Sequence record: DRR378314_1044
Direction: 5' to 3' (one strand)
DNA length: 64,000 nt
Position numbers and translations under genes: made by a program. A model generated the notes under the pieces. It did no database searches. It had not been told where the DNA came from and saw only the letters and a list, made by a program, of their open reading frames with translations. Below, in pieces: positions 51,063-60,594 of this stretch (the stretch's first letter is position 1; each line of letters begins with the position of its first letter).

Positions 51063-51880
51063 TCCAGAAAAATATTCTGCGTTTTTCCGCTGCGCTTTCT
51101 GCTGCGACCGCGACACATCTGACTGTGTTGGCTTATACGATGTCCCAGCCCTTGTCCGGGCCAGCATTGATTGCTGGCAACTCTTTCAGCGTGCAACTGG
51201 GCTCCATCGCCGAAACGACCCCAAGTTCGGATCCAAAGCCTACAAAGCAGGCTCCGGCGGAACCCGAGCCACAGCCTGCCCCCATCAAACCGGATACTAC
51301 TCCCGCGCCAAAACCAAACAAAGAAACGGCGCTTCCGCTCCCGGATACGACGCTTCTTCCGGAGCCACCTCCAACAATAGAGCAAGAGCCTGCCGTCGAA
51401 ACTGAGGCCGCACCCGAACAAGAGGAAGACAGCAGCAATCTAGTTTCAGACCCCGCGCATCTGGATTCATCAAAGGACCTCGATCAGGCTGTATCGGCGG
51501 ACACCGGCTCGGAAAAATCCAGTGATGCTGAAAGCGCCACGACGGAAACCAAGACCACCCCCGCGGGCGAAGCGCCAAGTGACACTCTGAACGATGCGAA
51601 TTCAGCTGCGCCTGGCAACGCTGCAGAGTCAAATTACAAGGGCCTGGTGATGCAGCATCTATCACGTCAAAGGCGCCCTCGGGCCTCTAGTCCCGGCTCG
51701 GCATTCGTCGAGTTTCGTATCAGCCCACGTGGCGCGGTGAAAAGCATCAGTATTTCAAGAAGTTCTGGCTCGTCACGCTTTGATAGAGAGGCAATCATTG
51801 TCGTAAAAAATGCGGCTCCTTATCCGAAGCCACCCGTTGGTGTGAACACCATGTTCACTGTTGAAATTGCAGGCACCTAA
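51059..51880 (+). CDS. tonB: TonB energy transducer
   Basis: N-terminal anchor with His, Pro-rich linker, C-terminal SSG..FD.EA..AAPYPKPP; start uncertain. Confidence 0.88.
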   Translation: MIQKNILRFSAALSAATATHLTVLAYTMSQPLSGPALIAGNSFSVQLGSIAETTPSSDPKPTKQAPAEPEPQPAPIKPDTTPAPKPNKETALPLPDTTLLPEPPPTIEQEPAVETEAAPEQEEDSSNLVSDPAHLDSSKDLDQAVSADTGSEKSSDAESATTETKTTPAGEAPSDTLNDANSAAPGNAAESNYKGLVMQHLSRQRRPRASSPGSAFVEFRISPRGAVKSISISRSSGSSRFDREAIIVVKNAAPYPKPPVGVNTMFTVEIAGT

Positions 51881-51946
51881 ACATCTTCCACCTAATCCGA
51901 GAACGGTCGTTCTTGACTATAGACGTTCAGAAACAGTCAGATAGCA

Positions 51947-53434
51947 CTATCCCGTCTTACCAAAAGTGATGGCGATGGCGCCCAGCTCTTCTCCAGCTTC
52001 GAGCTTCTCTGCTATAGCTTGATCGGATAGCGTGAAGCTCAAGCGCTCGTGCTGATGTCCCCCATGCTCGCGCGCAGCTTCCAGGTGCAATGTGTACTCA
52101 CCTTCCGGCACCGGTTCACCATCGTCGTTCAGACCATCCCACTTCAAGGTATATTCACCGGGACGACGCGTCGGTCCGGACACTGCATCAACAAGGCTTC
52201 CCGCTTTGCGGCCAAAGCGCCTGTGCCAGTAATAATTCTCTTCCATCCAGCGCGCCTCTTCACCAGCCAGCATGAGGATTCTAACCAAATTGCGTTCGGC
52301 GTCCGCAATCCAAACCGCAACATATGGGCGCTCGTAGTCGGCAAGGTTGTGTTCGGGTATCTCAAAACTCACCGCGAACTCTGTGCCGTCCGGCCATACG
52401 GCCCCGACGTCGTCACTTCTAGCATTCTGCAATAGCAAGCCGGACCAGCCAGATGTCGCGTGGTGTCGCCCGTCTGAGGATATGATCTCTGCTTCCACGC
52501 CAGGCTTGGACTCTATAAATTCAAGACCGCCCTTCAGTTCCATGACCATCAACGCAGTCGCGATTGCGTCGGCTTCGATCGCCGAAGCAGCGTAAACGCT
52601 CGCCGACTTGATGTGAGATACTGGCCAACCGTCAGCTGGCGAAATGATGTGTCCAAATTCTTGACCGTTGATTTCAAGACTTCGCGGACTTTGCGCACTT
52701 GTCGCCACCGCGCCACCAGTGAGTTTTAACATCGTTCCATGCGCACTAGCACCGTCCGCCAGCTCGGACTCAGACGTTACAGCGACTTTCCATTGCCCTC
52801 CATCGTCAGAACCCTTGCCCCAAACGCGTATGTCGCCGCCAATATTGAGAAGTAGGCCTTCTGCGCTTGGCGCAGCCGCTCGACCAACTTCAACAGCTGA
52901 ATCCAATATGTATCCCTTGGCCAATGCATCCATGTTGAATTGAACAATGTCGGGACGCTGGATAGTCGCTCGACCCTCGTCAATCTCTACATCCGCTCGC
53001 CGTATTTCGCCCGCTTTAATTCGCAGTTCGGGTCGCTGCGGAAGCGTCTGACTTTTAGCAGCAACTGACCATTCATTGACCAATTCGCCGACACGACAAC
53101 TCAGAGCCTGATCTGTCTCCACCCGATAAGCTTCACAGCTATTCCAAACTTCCAAGAGGTCCGTCGAAACACGTTGTTCATGTGTCGCGTTCAGTCGCCG
53201 TAGTTCGGATTCCTGGTACAAGCTGAACACGGAATTAAGTCGTTCGATTTCTTCAAGTATCGCTGTCTCGACTCGAGTTGCCTCACTTTGCGTCGGCGCC
53301 ACTACCACCAGATCAAAAGACGTTCCCAGCACGTAGTCGTGATGACTCTTGAACGTATCAGCATGAGCAAATTCACGATTGGCGACGGTCAGTCCGCACA
53401 CGACCGCCAATCCGATGAGCGTATATCTGAGCAT
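51947..53434 (-). CDS. apbE: ApbE FAD:protein FMN transferase fused to DUF2271-like domain
   Basis: Signal peptide; LGT, LAKGY, IGGD, VATS, HIISP, ADAIATA; C-domain RPYVAVWI, DAVSGPT, WDG, EAAREHGG. Confidence 0.87.
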   Translation of the reverse strand: MLRYTLIGLAVVCGLTVANREFAHADTFKSHHDYVLGTSFDLVVVAPTQSEATRVETAILEEIERLNSVFSLYQESELRRLNATHEQRVSTDLLEVWNSCEAYRVETDQALSCRVGELVNEWSVAAKSQTLPQRPELRIKAGEIRRADVEIDEGRATIQRPDIVQFNMDALAKGYILDSAVEVGRAAAPSAEGLLLNIGGDIRVWGKGSDDGGQWKVAVTSESELADGASAHGTMLKLTGGAVATSAQSPRSLEINGQEFGHIISPADGWPVSHIKSASVYAASAIEADAIATALMVMELKGGLEFIESKPGVEAEIISSDGRHHATSGWSGLLLQNARSDDVGAVWPDGTEFAVSFEIPEHNLADYERPYVAVWIADAERNLVRILMLAGEEARWMEENYYWHRRFGRKAGSLVDAVSGPTRRPGEYTLKWDGLNDDGEPVPEGEYTLHLEAAREHGGHQHERLSFTLSDQAIAEKLEAGEELGAIAITFGKTG

Positions 53435-53509
53435 CAGGTCTCCAATTGCCAAGCTTCAGTCACATCACGTCGAAACCCGAGAGGCGGATGCGATGGAGTA
53501 TAATTCTTA

Positions 53510-53528
53510 CTTGCAACTAAATCTCATT
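53510..53528. promoter_or_regulatory. Fur-like box in divergent promoter
   Basis: TGCAA-CTAAA-TCTCA followed by TTTGCA, same extended context as the box at 47446. Confidence 0.55.
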
Positions 53529-53579
53529 TGCATATTGTGCAAGCCAAATACTGATACATTCTCAACCTAGGGGCCTTTC

Positions 53580-54377
53580 ATGAACGGACTGAAAACCTGC
53601 GCGTCGGCGCTCACTGCCATTATTGCCTTCAGCGGGGCCGCACATGCCCACACATCATACGTCGTGCCGAACATCTTTGTGACAAGCGAAGGTCAATATG
53701 TGACGGCTCAATCCGCTTTCACCGAAGACCCATTCGTTCCCGAAATCGCTGTGGCGTCGGACGATTTCCACGTCGTCTTGCCCGATGGCGTAAGAGACGA
53801 TTTCGACGTTATCACGCCTCTGCACCAAGTAGTGATTCTTGAAGAGTCTCTTCGCGATGAAGGCACATACCGACTCACAACTGGTGTACGTTATGGTCGG
53901 AAAAGCCAAAAAGCGCTTGTTGATGGAAAATGGGTCCCGGTATTCGGACCCGATGCACAAGTCCCTGAGAATGCCACTGAAGTCATCAGTAGCCAGACTG
54001 TAACCGTCGCAGATGCATATGTCACAAAGGGGGCCTCAACGTGGGAACCTGTCAACTTGGCGCTTGGCCGCCTGGTTCTGAAACCGTTGTCTCACCCCAA
54101 CGAAATCTATTTGGAAGATGGTGCTGAATTCGAAATCTTGTTCGACGGCAAACCATTGGCGAACCAGTCTGTCGAAGTCAAACGCGAAGGCGGGGCATAT
54201 GAGGATGCCAAGTTTGAGCAACACATTGAAACCGACGAAAACGGAATTCTGTCGCTCTCTTTCGATCGAGCGGGAAAATACCTGATCATGACTCGCCATG
54301 CCTCGCCTGCTCCTGAAGGCGCTGAAGTCGACGAGCATAGTCACACCACTTCTCTAACATTCGAAGTCGCAAAATAA
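53580..54377 (+). CDS. DUF4198 family periplasmic protein
   Basis: Signal AHA|H start, HPNE, LFDGKPL, TDENG, TTSLTFEV. Confidence 0.78.
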   Translation: MNGLKTCASALTAIIAFSGAAHAHTSYVVPNIFVTSEGQYVTAQSAFTEDPFVPEIAVASDDFHVVLPDGVRDDFDVITPLHQVVILEESLRDEGTYRLTTGVRYGRKSQKALVDGKWVPVFGPDAQVPENATEVISSQTVTVADAYVTKGASTWEPVNLALGRLVLKPLSHPNEIYLEDGAEFEILFDGKPLANQSVEVKREGGAYEDAKFEQHIETDENGILSLSFDRAGKYLIMTRHASPAPEGAEVDEHSHTTSLTFEVAK

Positions 54378-54404
54378 CATTCTGATCTAATACGGATACA
54401 CAAT

Positions 54405-54917
54405 ATGAAATACACCATGCCCGCCCTAGCCATCCTAGCTTTGGGTCCGCTCACCGCTTGCACAACTCAAGAAGCCATCACGACTACTGAATCGGAAATT
54501 GCCACCACAACATCTGAAACCGCAGAGCAGACAGACCGGCCGATAAGCAGCGCACGCGGCCATAGCAAGGCGGCCTTCTTCGATAAATATGACATCAACG
54601 GAGATGGCAAGGTTTCAGAAGTCGAGTTCATGGGCGAACGCGAGGATGGCTATCGTCGCAGGGACGCAAATGGCGACGGGCAGGTCCATGCAGAAGAATA
54701 TGTATCCGAGTATGAAGTCCGTCTTTTGAAGCAAATGGAAGACCAACGCACGCGCCAGATCGACCAAGCCGACTTCAGGTTTACCGTATTGGACAAGAAT
54801 GAAGACGGAAATCTGTCACTGGATGAATTCCACGCATCCGGCTCTCGTATGTTCTCCGCTCTGGACACGAATGAAGACGGGATCGTTGATGAACTAGACG
54901 ACGCAGAGAATTACTGA
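54405..54917 (+). CDS. EF-hand lipoprotein
   Basis: Lipobox LTAC; four loops DINGDGKVSEVE, DANGDGQVHAEE, DKNEDGNLSLDE, DTNEDGIVDELD. Confidence 0.88.
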   Translation: MKYTMPALAILALGPLTACTTQEAITTTESEIATTTSETAEQTDRPISSARGHSKAAFFDKYDINGDGKVSEVEFMGEREDGYRRRDANGDGQVHAEEYVSEYEVRLLKQMEDQRTRQIDQADFRFTVLDKNEDGNLSLDEFHASGSRMFSALDTNEDGIVDELDDAENY

Positions 54918-54949
54918 ATCAGAACCAATCGTCTCTTATTGAACGAAAC

Positions 54950-54988
54950 AAGCTGCGGCTCCTCCGAGGGGCCGCAGCTTTTCCTTTT
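54950..54988 (+). terminator. Rho-independent terminator
   Basis: AAGCTGCGGCTCCT..AGGGGCCGCAGCTT-TTCCTTTT. Confidence 0.75.
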
Positions 54989-55014
54989 CCTCGTACCACG
55001 TGGATGCTGCCCAA

Positions 55015-56610
55015 CTACCCCACCGACAACAGCTCGCGTTCGCTTTGTTCCCGCACGCGCGCCTCATCGGCGGGCAATGCACGGAATGCAATTATGCCAA
55101 ACAACAAGCCTCCGACTGGTAAGGCCAGGCACCATATCATCGCCAACCGAAGTGCCTCAGCGGGCGATGCTCCGCCTGCAGTGTAAACATCACTGACCTG
55201 ACCTATGAGGTAAGGGCCAATCGCGGTTCCGATCAGCGTCGTAACCATGGTAAAGAACGCGTAGGACGTCGCCCTGCCGCGTGGAACATTCAGATCGTTG
55301 ATCGTGGCCATCGCTGGCCCAGTTGCCATCGCCGTAAAGAAGAACAAGACAGCAAGACAGGCATAGGCTGAAATCAGCGTCGTCGAGAAGAGAAAGGCCG
55401 AGGACATGATTATCGCCCCAACTGTAGCGGCGAGATAAACTACCAATTTCCCATGTACAAATTTCTGGCGAAGCCGATCAGCAAGAATCCCCCCAAAAGT
55501 AATTCCGCAAAACCCGGATACTGCGCTCGACAGCCCCACGACCATTCCTACCTGACCATTGGCGACTTCATAGGTTCTCTGAATAAGAGGAACACTCCAG
55601 AATGCGAATGCTACACCGACGAAAACCACGCCCGCGGCCGATATAGTCAAGCAAATCATCGCACGTGACCTGAACAACAAATGAAACACGTCCGGGTCTC
55701 TCAACAGAAATGACTGGCTCCATGAAAACGCTGCAAAGACGCCAATTGCAAGCGCTACCCATTGGGTAACATCTCCAGTAAGCAGAATGAGCCCCCAAGC
55801 CAAGACCGCCAGCAAAGCAATGGTCACAACGTTCACGACGATGAGTGAAGGTTTCGCGCCGCCGCGCGCCAACATGAAAAGGTTGAGGACAGGAACCATA
55901 CTGCCAAGCGACACGGCTACTTCCTTCAAAGGCGAGCCGGCAATAGGCTTGGCGCCGCCATCGTAACGACCTCGTTCAGGCTCGCGAATCTTGGCGACAA
56001 CAAGCGACAACAGCAGCCCAGGCAATCCAACGGCCATGAACGCCACTTGCCACCCTTTCAAACCAAACGGAGCGAGTGACGTATCAGGGTACGTCGCGGC
56101 CCAGGCATCAAGAATTGACCCGCCCAAGAACAATCCACAGCCAAGGCCGATATACACACCGCCCGCATACAAAGCGACGACCGTAGTCCTCAAATGGGGA
56201 GGGTAGTAGTCGTACAACAGCGACAAGGCAGCTGGCGACGCGCTCGACTCTCCAATTCCGACGCCGAACCTGTAGGTTGCCAGAGAAGCAAACCCCTTTG
56301 CGGTGCCAGACAAGGCCGTCATCAAACTCCAGAAACCCAATCCTAGGGAGATCAAATGAGTTCGATTCCAAGCATCGGCCAATCGACCAAGCGGAATGCC
56401 AAAAGTCGCGTAAAATACAGCGAATGCTGTTCCGTACAGAAACCCTAAATCGGCATCCGATATTTGGAGATCCGCTTTGATGTCTTCGGCCAGTATCGCC
56501 AATATCTGGCGATCCAGAAAGTTCAGAACGTAAACGAGAAAAAGGATTACCAGTACACCATTGGCGTATCCTCGGCTTTCCTTCACGGGGGCGGCGACTG
56601 ACTGATCCAC
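55015..56610 (-). CDS. Spinster-like MFS transporter
   Basis: YVLNFLDRQIL, GRLAD, RFGVGIGE, EPERG; start uncertain. Confidence 0.9.
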   Translation of the reverse strand: MDQSVAAPVKESRGYANGVLVILFLVYVLNFLDRQILAILAEDIKADLQISDADLGFLYGTAFAVFYATFGIPLGRLADAWNRTHLISLGLGFWSLMTALSGTAKGFASLATYRFGVGIGESSASPAALSLLYDYYPPHLRTTVVALYAGGVYIGLGCGLFLGGSILDAWAATYPDTSLAPFGLKGWQVAFMAVGLPGLLLSLVVAKIREPERGRYDGGAKPIAGSPLKEVAVSLGSMVPVLNLFMLARGGAKPSLIVVNVVTIALLAVLAWGLILLTGDVTQWVALAIGVFAAFSWSQSFLLRDPDVFHLLFRSRAMICLTISAAGVVFVGVAFAFWSVPLIQRTYEVANGQVGMVVGLSSAVSGFCGITFGGILADRLRQKFVHGKLVVYLAATVGAIIMSSAFLFSTTLISAYACLAVLFFFTAMATGPAMATINDLNVPRGRATSYAFFTMVTTLIGTAIGPYLIGQVSDVYTAGGASPAEALRLAMIWCLALPVGGLLFGIIAFRALPADEARVREQSERELLSVG

Positions 56611-56617
56611 AATAATG

Positions 56618-56983
56618 CTAGCGTAGTGCAGCCAGAGGGGTTGGATCGAGATACTCTTCAATCCGAGCAATCTTTCCGTCTTCTACAAGCACAACTGCGA
56701 TCGCATCAGCTTCTATGGTTTTGTCATCTAGCGTCACAACTCGCAGAATATGCTGCTGAAGCCAACCACCCGGAATCTCGACCATCCTCTGGATGTCATA
56801 CGTGCGCGATTTGGTCTTCGAAATGATGTTCTTGAACGTTGCCATGTTTTGGTCAACGGTTTGCGTCTTGCGGTCATAATTGTGCCAGATACCGGCGTCG
56901 GGTTTGAAGCATGCGCGAGCGCCGGGCTCGTCACCCGCTTCCAGGCGGCTCTTGAATTTTTCGGCTAGGTCCAATGCACTCAT
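56618..56983 (-). CDS. SnoaL/NTF2-like protein
   Basis: IWHNYD, QQH, DGKIARIEEYLD. Confidence 0.85.
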   Translation of the reverse strand: MSALDLAEKFKSRLEAGDEPGARACFKPDAGIWHNYDRKTQTVDQNMATFKNIISKTKSRTYDIQRMVEIPGGWLQQHILRVVTLDDKTIEADAIAVVLVEDGKIARIEEYLDPTPLAALR

Positions 56984-57049
56984 GGGAAAAGTCCTGATGT
57001 AGTTTGAATGGAGCGCCCCGTTGAGATCGGGCGCGGCAATAAAGATTCC

Positions 57050-57949
57050 TTATTCGTCCAGCAGAGCCTGCACGTGATCCGGCACCAGCTCTCCTTTGCG
57101 GGTCAAGTCTCCGATTGCGGGATTGAAGTAGTCCCTCCACAAACGGATCTTTCCATTCTCGAACTCGAACATACCCATATATGGGATCTGAATCCGATTG
57201 CCTTTTGCATCAACGAAATCGTCTGCACCCTCAACCATCAAAATATCACCATCTTGCGCGTGACGATTGATACGCCACTGGATATTACTCATCCCGGCGC
57301 CAAACTTTTCAAGGAATGCGCGAATTTCATCAGGACCGTTCAATGGCTCTGACCCAACGCGATAGTAATAGGTTACATCAGGCGCGACATGCGCCAAGAC
57401 GCCATCGATGTTTCCAGCTTTCCAGGAATCCATAATCTGGTTAACGGTAGCGAGATGATCCGGCTCAGGCTGAATGACGCCCATTTCTGTAAGGAGCTCG
57501 TTTCGGTCATAGTATTCGCGCCATTCTGTAACCTTGCCCTCCTCAATAACCAGCACACCAGTAACCGGAACAGCCCCATGCTTGCCGTTGACGTCGAAGT
57601 CATCAACGCGCTCCAGGAATACAGTGTTGCCGGTCGCGGAAACTGTCTTGAGTTGCAGCTCCAAGCGAGTGGCATTCTTCAGCAATGCGCCGAGATGCTC
57701 CCGCAAGGTTTCGCGACCATGAATTGGCTCAATCATCATTGAATGCAAAACGGCATCCTCAGAAAACAAGTTTGCAATTCTATCGACGTCCAGATCATTC
57801 CAGGCGGCAACCATGTCTTTTGCAACGGCAATGCTTTCTGCTTCCAATGTGCTTTCCACGGCCAATTCAGTCTCCATATTTTGAGGGGCAGTCTGACAGG
57901 CGGTCACGAACATCGCGCTCGCTACAGCCAGTTTTGAAATGAGTTTCAT
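57050..57949 (-). CDS. Lipoprotein with two limonene-epoxide-hydrolase-like (NTF2) domains
   Basis: MKLISK..VTAC lipobox; domain 1 VFLERVDDF..WREYYD; domain 2 MVEGADDF..WRDYFN. Confidence 0.8.
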   Translation of the reverse strand: MKLISKLAVASAMFVTACQTAPQNMETELAVESTLEAESIAVAKDMVAAWNDLDVDRIANLFSEDAVLHSMMIEPIHGRETLREHLGALLKNATRLELQLKTVSATGNTVFLERVDDFDVNGKHGAVPVTGVLVIEEGKVTEWREYYDRNELLTEMGVIQPEPDHLATVNQIMDSWKAGNIDGVLAHVAPDVTYYYRVGSEPLNGPDEIRAFLEKFGAGMSNIQWRINRHAQDGDILMVEGADDFVDAKGNRIQIPYMGMFEFENGKIRLWRDYFNPAIGDLTRKGELVPDHVQALLDE

Positions 57950-58047
57950 CGATTCATTCCTGATGGGTTGAGAGATAGGAGGCCGGCCCGCTCCTGTTAG
58001 GTGCGGGCCGGTCTTGCTCGAGCAAAAGGGGCACTCGAACAAGTGCG

Positions 58048-60366
58048 CTAAAATTGATAACCGAATGAAATTCCATATGTGCGCGGCGCGCCGAGCGTAG
58101 AAACTTCATCCCCCAAAAAGGCAATGATATTTGTTCGATAGAGCTCATCAGCGAGATTTTTGCCCCAGAGCGAAACGGACCAATCAGCGTCTTGCGGTGC
58201 GTACGTGACACGCCCATCTATCAGTCCGTATGCCTCTTCTTTTTGAAAATTGTCAGGTAGCCAGTAAAGCTCACCCTGCGCCGCATAACTCAATCGAAGC
58301 GTGAGCGCGTCAGGATTTCCCAGGAAATCTGCCGTGTACTCTCCTCCGATGTTGAACTGGTAATTCGGTGTGCGCTGCAATTCGTTCCCCGAATTATCCA
58401 GACCATTCGAGTCCACGAAGTCTTCATATTCTGTGTCGAGCAATGTCACCGCCCCGAACAGGAACAAGTCGTCGTTCACGACCCATTGCATCTCCGTCTC
58501 AATGCCCATGATGTTCGCATCAGCCGCATTGTCCGTAATGTTGCACAGACATCCATCGTCAGTTTGAGTGACCTGAAGATCCTTATACTTCATAGAGAAT
58601 AAAGCAGTGTTCAGACGAGCCCGGCCATCAAGCAGGTCAAGTTTCAGCCCCAACTCAATGTTCTCAACGGTTTCCGGATTGTATGGAGTTGTCGCAGCTG
58701 CTGGGTTCGCTGGCGTATCTTCAAATCCACCGCCCTTGTAGCCGTGTGAATACGTCAGGTACGTCAGGATAGAATCATTCGGCTCCCACTCAAGTGTGGC
58801 CTGAGGTGTGACTTCTTCCGTTGTTTGTGAATAAGGCACATCGGTAAACGGCGTGATGAGTGGAGACAACGGAACTGTGTCCGTTGGATTGTACCTGTCG
58901 CCGGTCTGAATCTGGAGCCCAGAAACCGTTCCGGTCTTTTCATCCTGCGACCAACGCACACCAACCGTACCACGCAGCTGGTCCGTAAACTCATATCCAA
59001 CCTGCCCAAATACAGCGCGACTGCTCGTCTCGCCGTTATTGATCCAGTGGGATTCTCCTGACAGCGTTCCAAGAACAGTCAATGGAACTTCCGCGAGATA
59101 CTTGTCGAACTTGTCGACGTCATCTTCCTGAATATACGCTCCAACGAGCCAATTCAGAGGACCATCACCATTCGATAGAAGACGAAACTCTTGGGTAATC
59201 TGCGTAATCTCTTCGTCCTCCAAAACGGGGAACGAAAATGCCAACGGTGTAGGAGTTACGCCAAAACCGTTTCGGTAGCCGATGCCCGTTTGGTCATACA
59301 TGCTATAGGCTTCGGCAGTTCGATATCCTGTGATCGACCGGAACGTGGCAATATCTCCAAATCCCTTTTCAATATCCAGCGTGACGCCGATCGCTTCGCG
59401 ACGAAGGACTTGGGATTGATCTGAATTATCACCCGTATACCGATAACTTTGTGGAAGGCTCTCGCGAATGTCGAGACCGCCGGGCAACAGCGCGGAGATG
59501 GCATCTCGGGTCGTGCTCCATGGCCCCTGACCCGCCGCATTCGGATCGTCAATTGCTACACGATGAATTCCGTTCGACGAATCATCTGAATAATCAACAA
59601 TGCCGCGGATAGTCAGGTCAGCCCCATCGGGCTCCCACATCAATTGCGCTCGCGCCTGAAAGGAATCTAGATTGTCGAGGTCACGTTTGAGCGTGAGGTC
59701 TTTGTTGTATCCGTCATGCTTGCGGGATTGAAACGAAAGACGGCCGGTTAAATTCTCCGCAATCGTTCCGGTCACATGACCGTTGAACAACTGACTGTCA
59801 TAATTTCCGAACTCCGCTGTGAACGCTCCCCCGAAGTCTTCTTCCGGTTTGGCCGTATAAATGGAGATCGCTCCACCAACAACGTTTCGTCCCAACAGCA
59901 CGCCCTGTGGGCCACGAACTACTTCAACTCGCTCGACATCAAAAAAGTCCGAGTTGAGAAGGCCTGAACGACCGACATATACATCATCGATGAAGATACC
60001 GATTGATTGGTCGGCGGACGGTGAATCCAGTCTCGTATTCGTGATACCCCGAATATTGAATTCCTGGTCCAAGGGTGAGTTTTCAGTGTAACTCAACGAG
60101 CTAATGTTACGCGCCAAATCTGAATAACTCAGCACCCGATCCTTTTGAAGCGACTCGCCGGTAACCGCGGATACAGCTACCGCAGCATCCTGCAAAGTCG
60201 ACTCTCGCCTTTGTGACGTGATCACTACCGTATCAAGAGTACGAGACCCCGCTGAGCCCGCTTCTTCGACACTATCTACATCAGCATCCTGAGCATAAGC
60301 TGTGTTACTGAAAGCAACTATCGCAAGCGCCATCGCGCTTGTTCGCATCAATCCAAAGCGACGCAT
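58048..60366 (-). CDS. TonB-dependent receptor
   Basis: DTVVITSQRRE TonB box, DVERVEVVRGPQG, YKGGGF, PRTYG, C-terminal F. Confidence 0.93.
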   Translation of the reverse strand: MRRFGLMRTSAMALAIVAFSNTAYAQDADVDSVEEAGSAGSRTLDTVVITSQRRESTLQDAAVAVSAVTGESLQKDRVLSYSDLARNISSLSYTENSPLDQEFNIRGITNTRLDSPSADQSIGIFIDDVYVGRSGLLNSDFFDVERVEVVRGPQGVLLGRNVVGGAISIYTAKPEEDFGGAFTAEFGNYDSQLFNGHVTGTIAENLTGRLSFQSRKHDGYNKDLTLKRDLDNLDSFQARAQLMWEPDGADLTIRGIVDYSDDSSNGIHRVAIDDPNAAGQGPWSTTRDAISALLPGGLDIRESLPQSYRYTGDNSDQSQVLRREAIGVTLDIEKGFGDIATFRSITGYRTAEAYSMYDQTGIGYRNGFGVTPTPLAFSFPVLEDEEITQITQEFRLLSNGDGPLNWLVGAYIQEDDVDKFDKYLAEVPLTVLGTLSGESHWINNGETSSRAVFGQVGYEFTDQLRGTVGVRWSQDEKTGTVSGLQIQTGDRYNPTDTVPLSPLITPFTDVPYSQTTEEVTPQATLEWEPNDSILTYLTYSHGYKGGGFEDTPANPAAATTPYNPETVENIELGLKLDLLDGRARLNTALFSMKYKDLQVTQTDDGCLCNITDNAADANIMGIETEMQWVVNDDLFLFGAVTLLDTEYEDFVDSNGLDNSGNELQRTPNYQFNIGGEYTADFLGNPDALTLRLSYAAQGELYWLPDNFQKEEAYGLIDGRVTYAPQDADWSVSLWGKNLADELYRTNIIAFLGDEVSTLGAPRTYGISFGYQF

Positions 60367-60594
60367 CGCTCTTCCTCCCATTGTAAGTCTTCTAAACGAG
60401 ACCGTTCAGTTCTGGTTTGACCGGTGTCTAGGTGACCGGTTCTAGCCATACGAAATTGCTAAACAGCACCAGTAGGTTTGTCAATGCAAGTTACTAGTTT
60501 TTCGATATCGCAAGTATATTCGCTTAATTATGTCAGAAGCGAACGGCTCGCTTAAATTGCTAAACGAAACCCAAAAGCAGAATTTTGATGATAA

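Noticed and set aside
51230-51620. Repeat-like low-complexity DNA
   Set aside because: Encodes the normal Pro/Glu-rich TonB linker
54405-54917. Lanmodulin
   Set aside because: EF loops lack the position-2 Pro; no xoxF or lanthanide-uptake genes in the window
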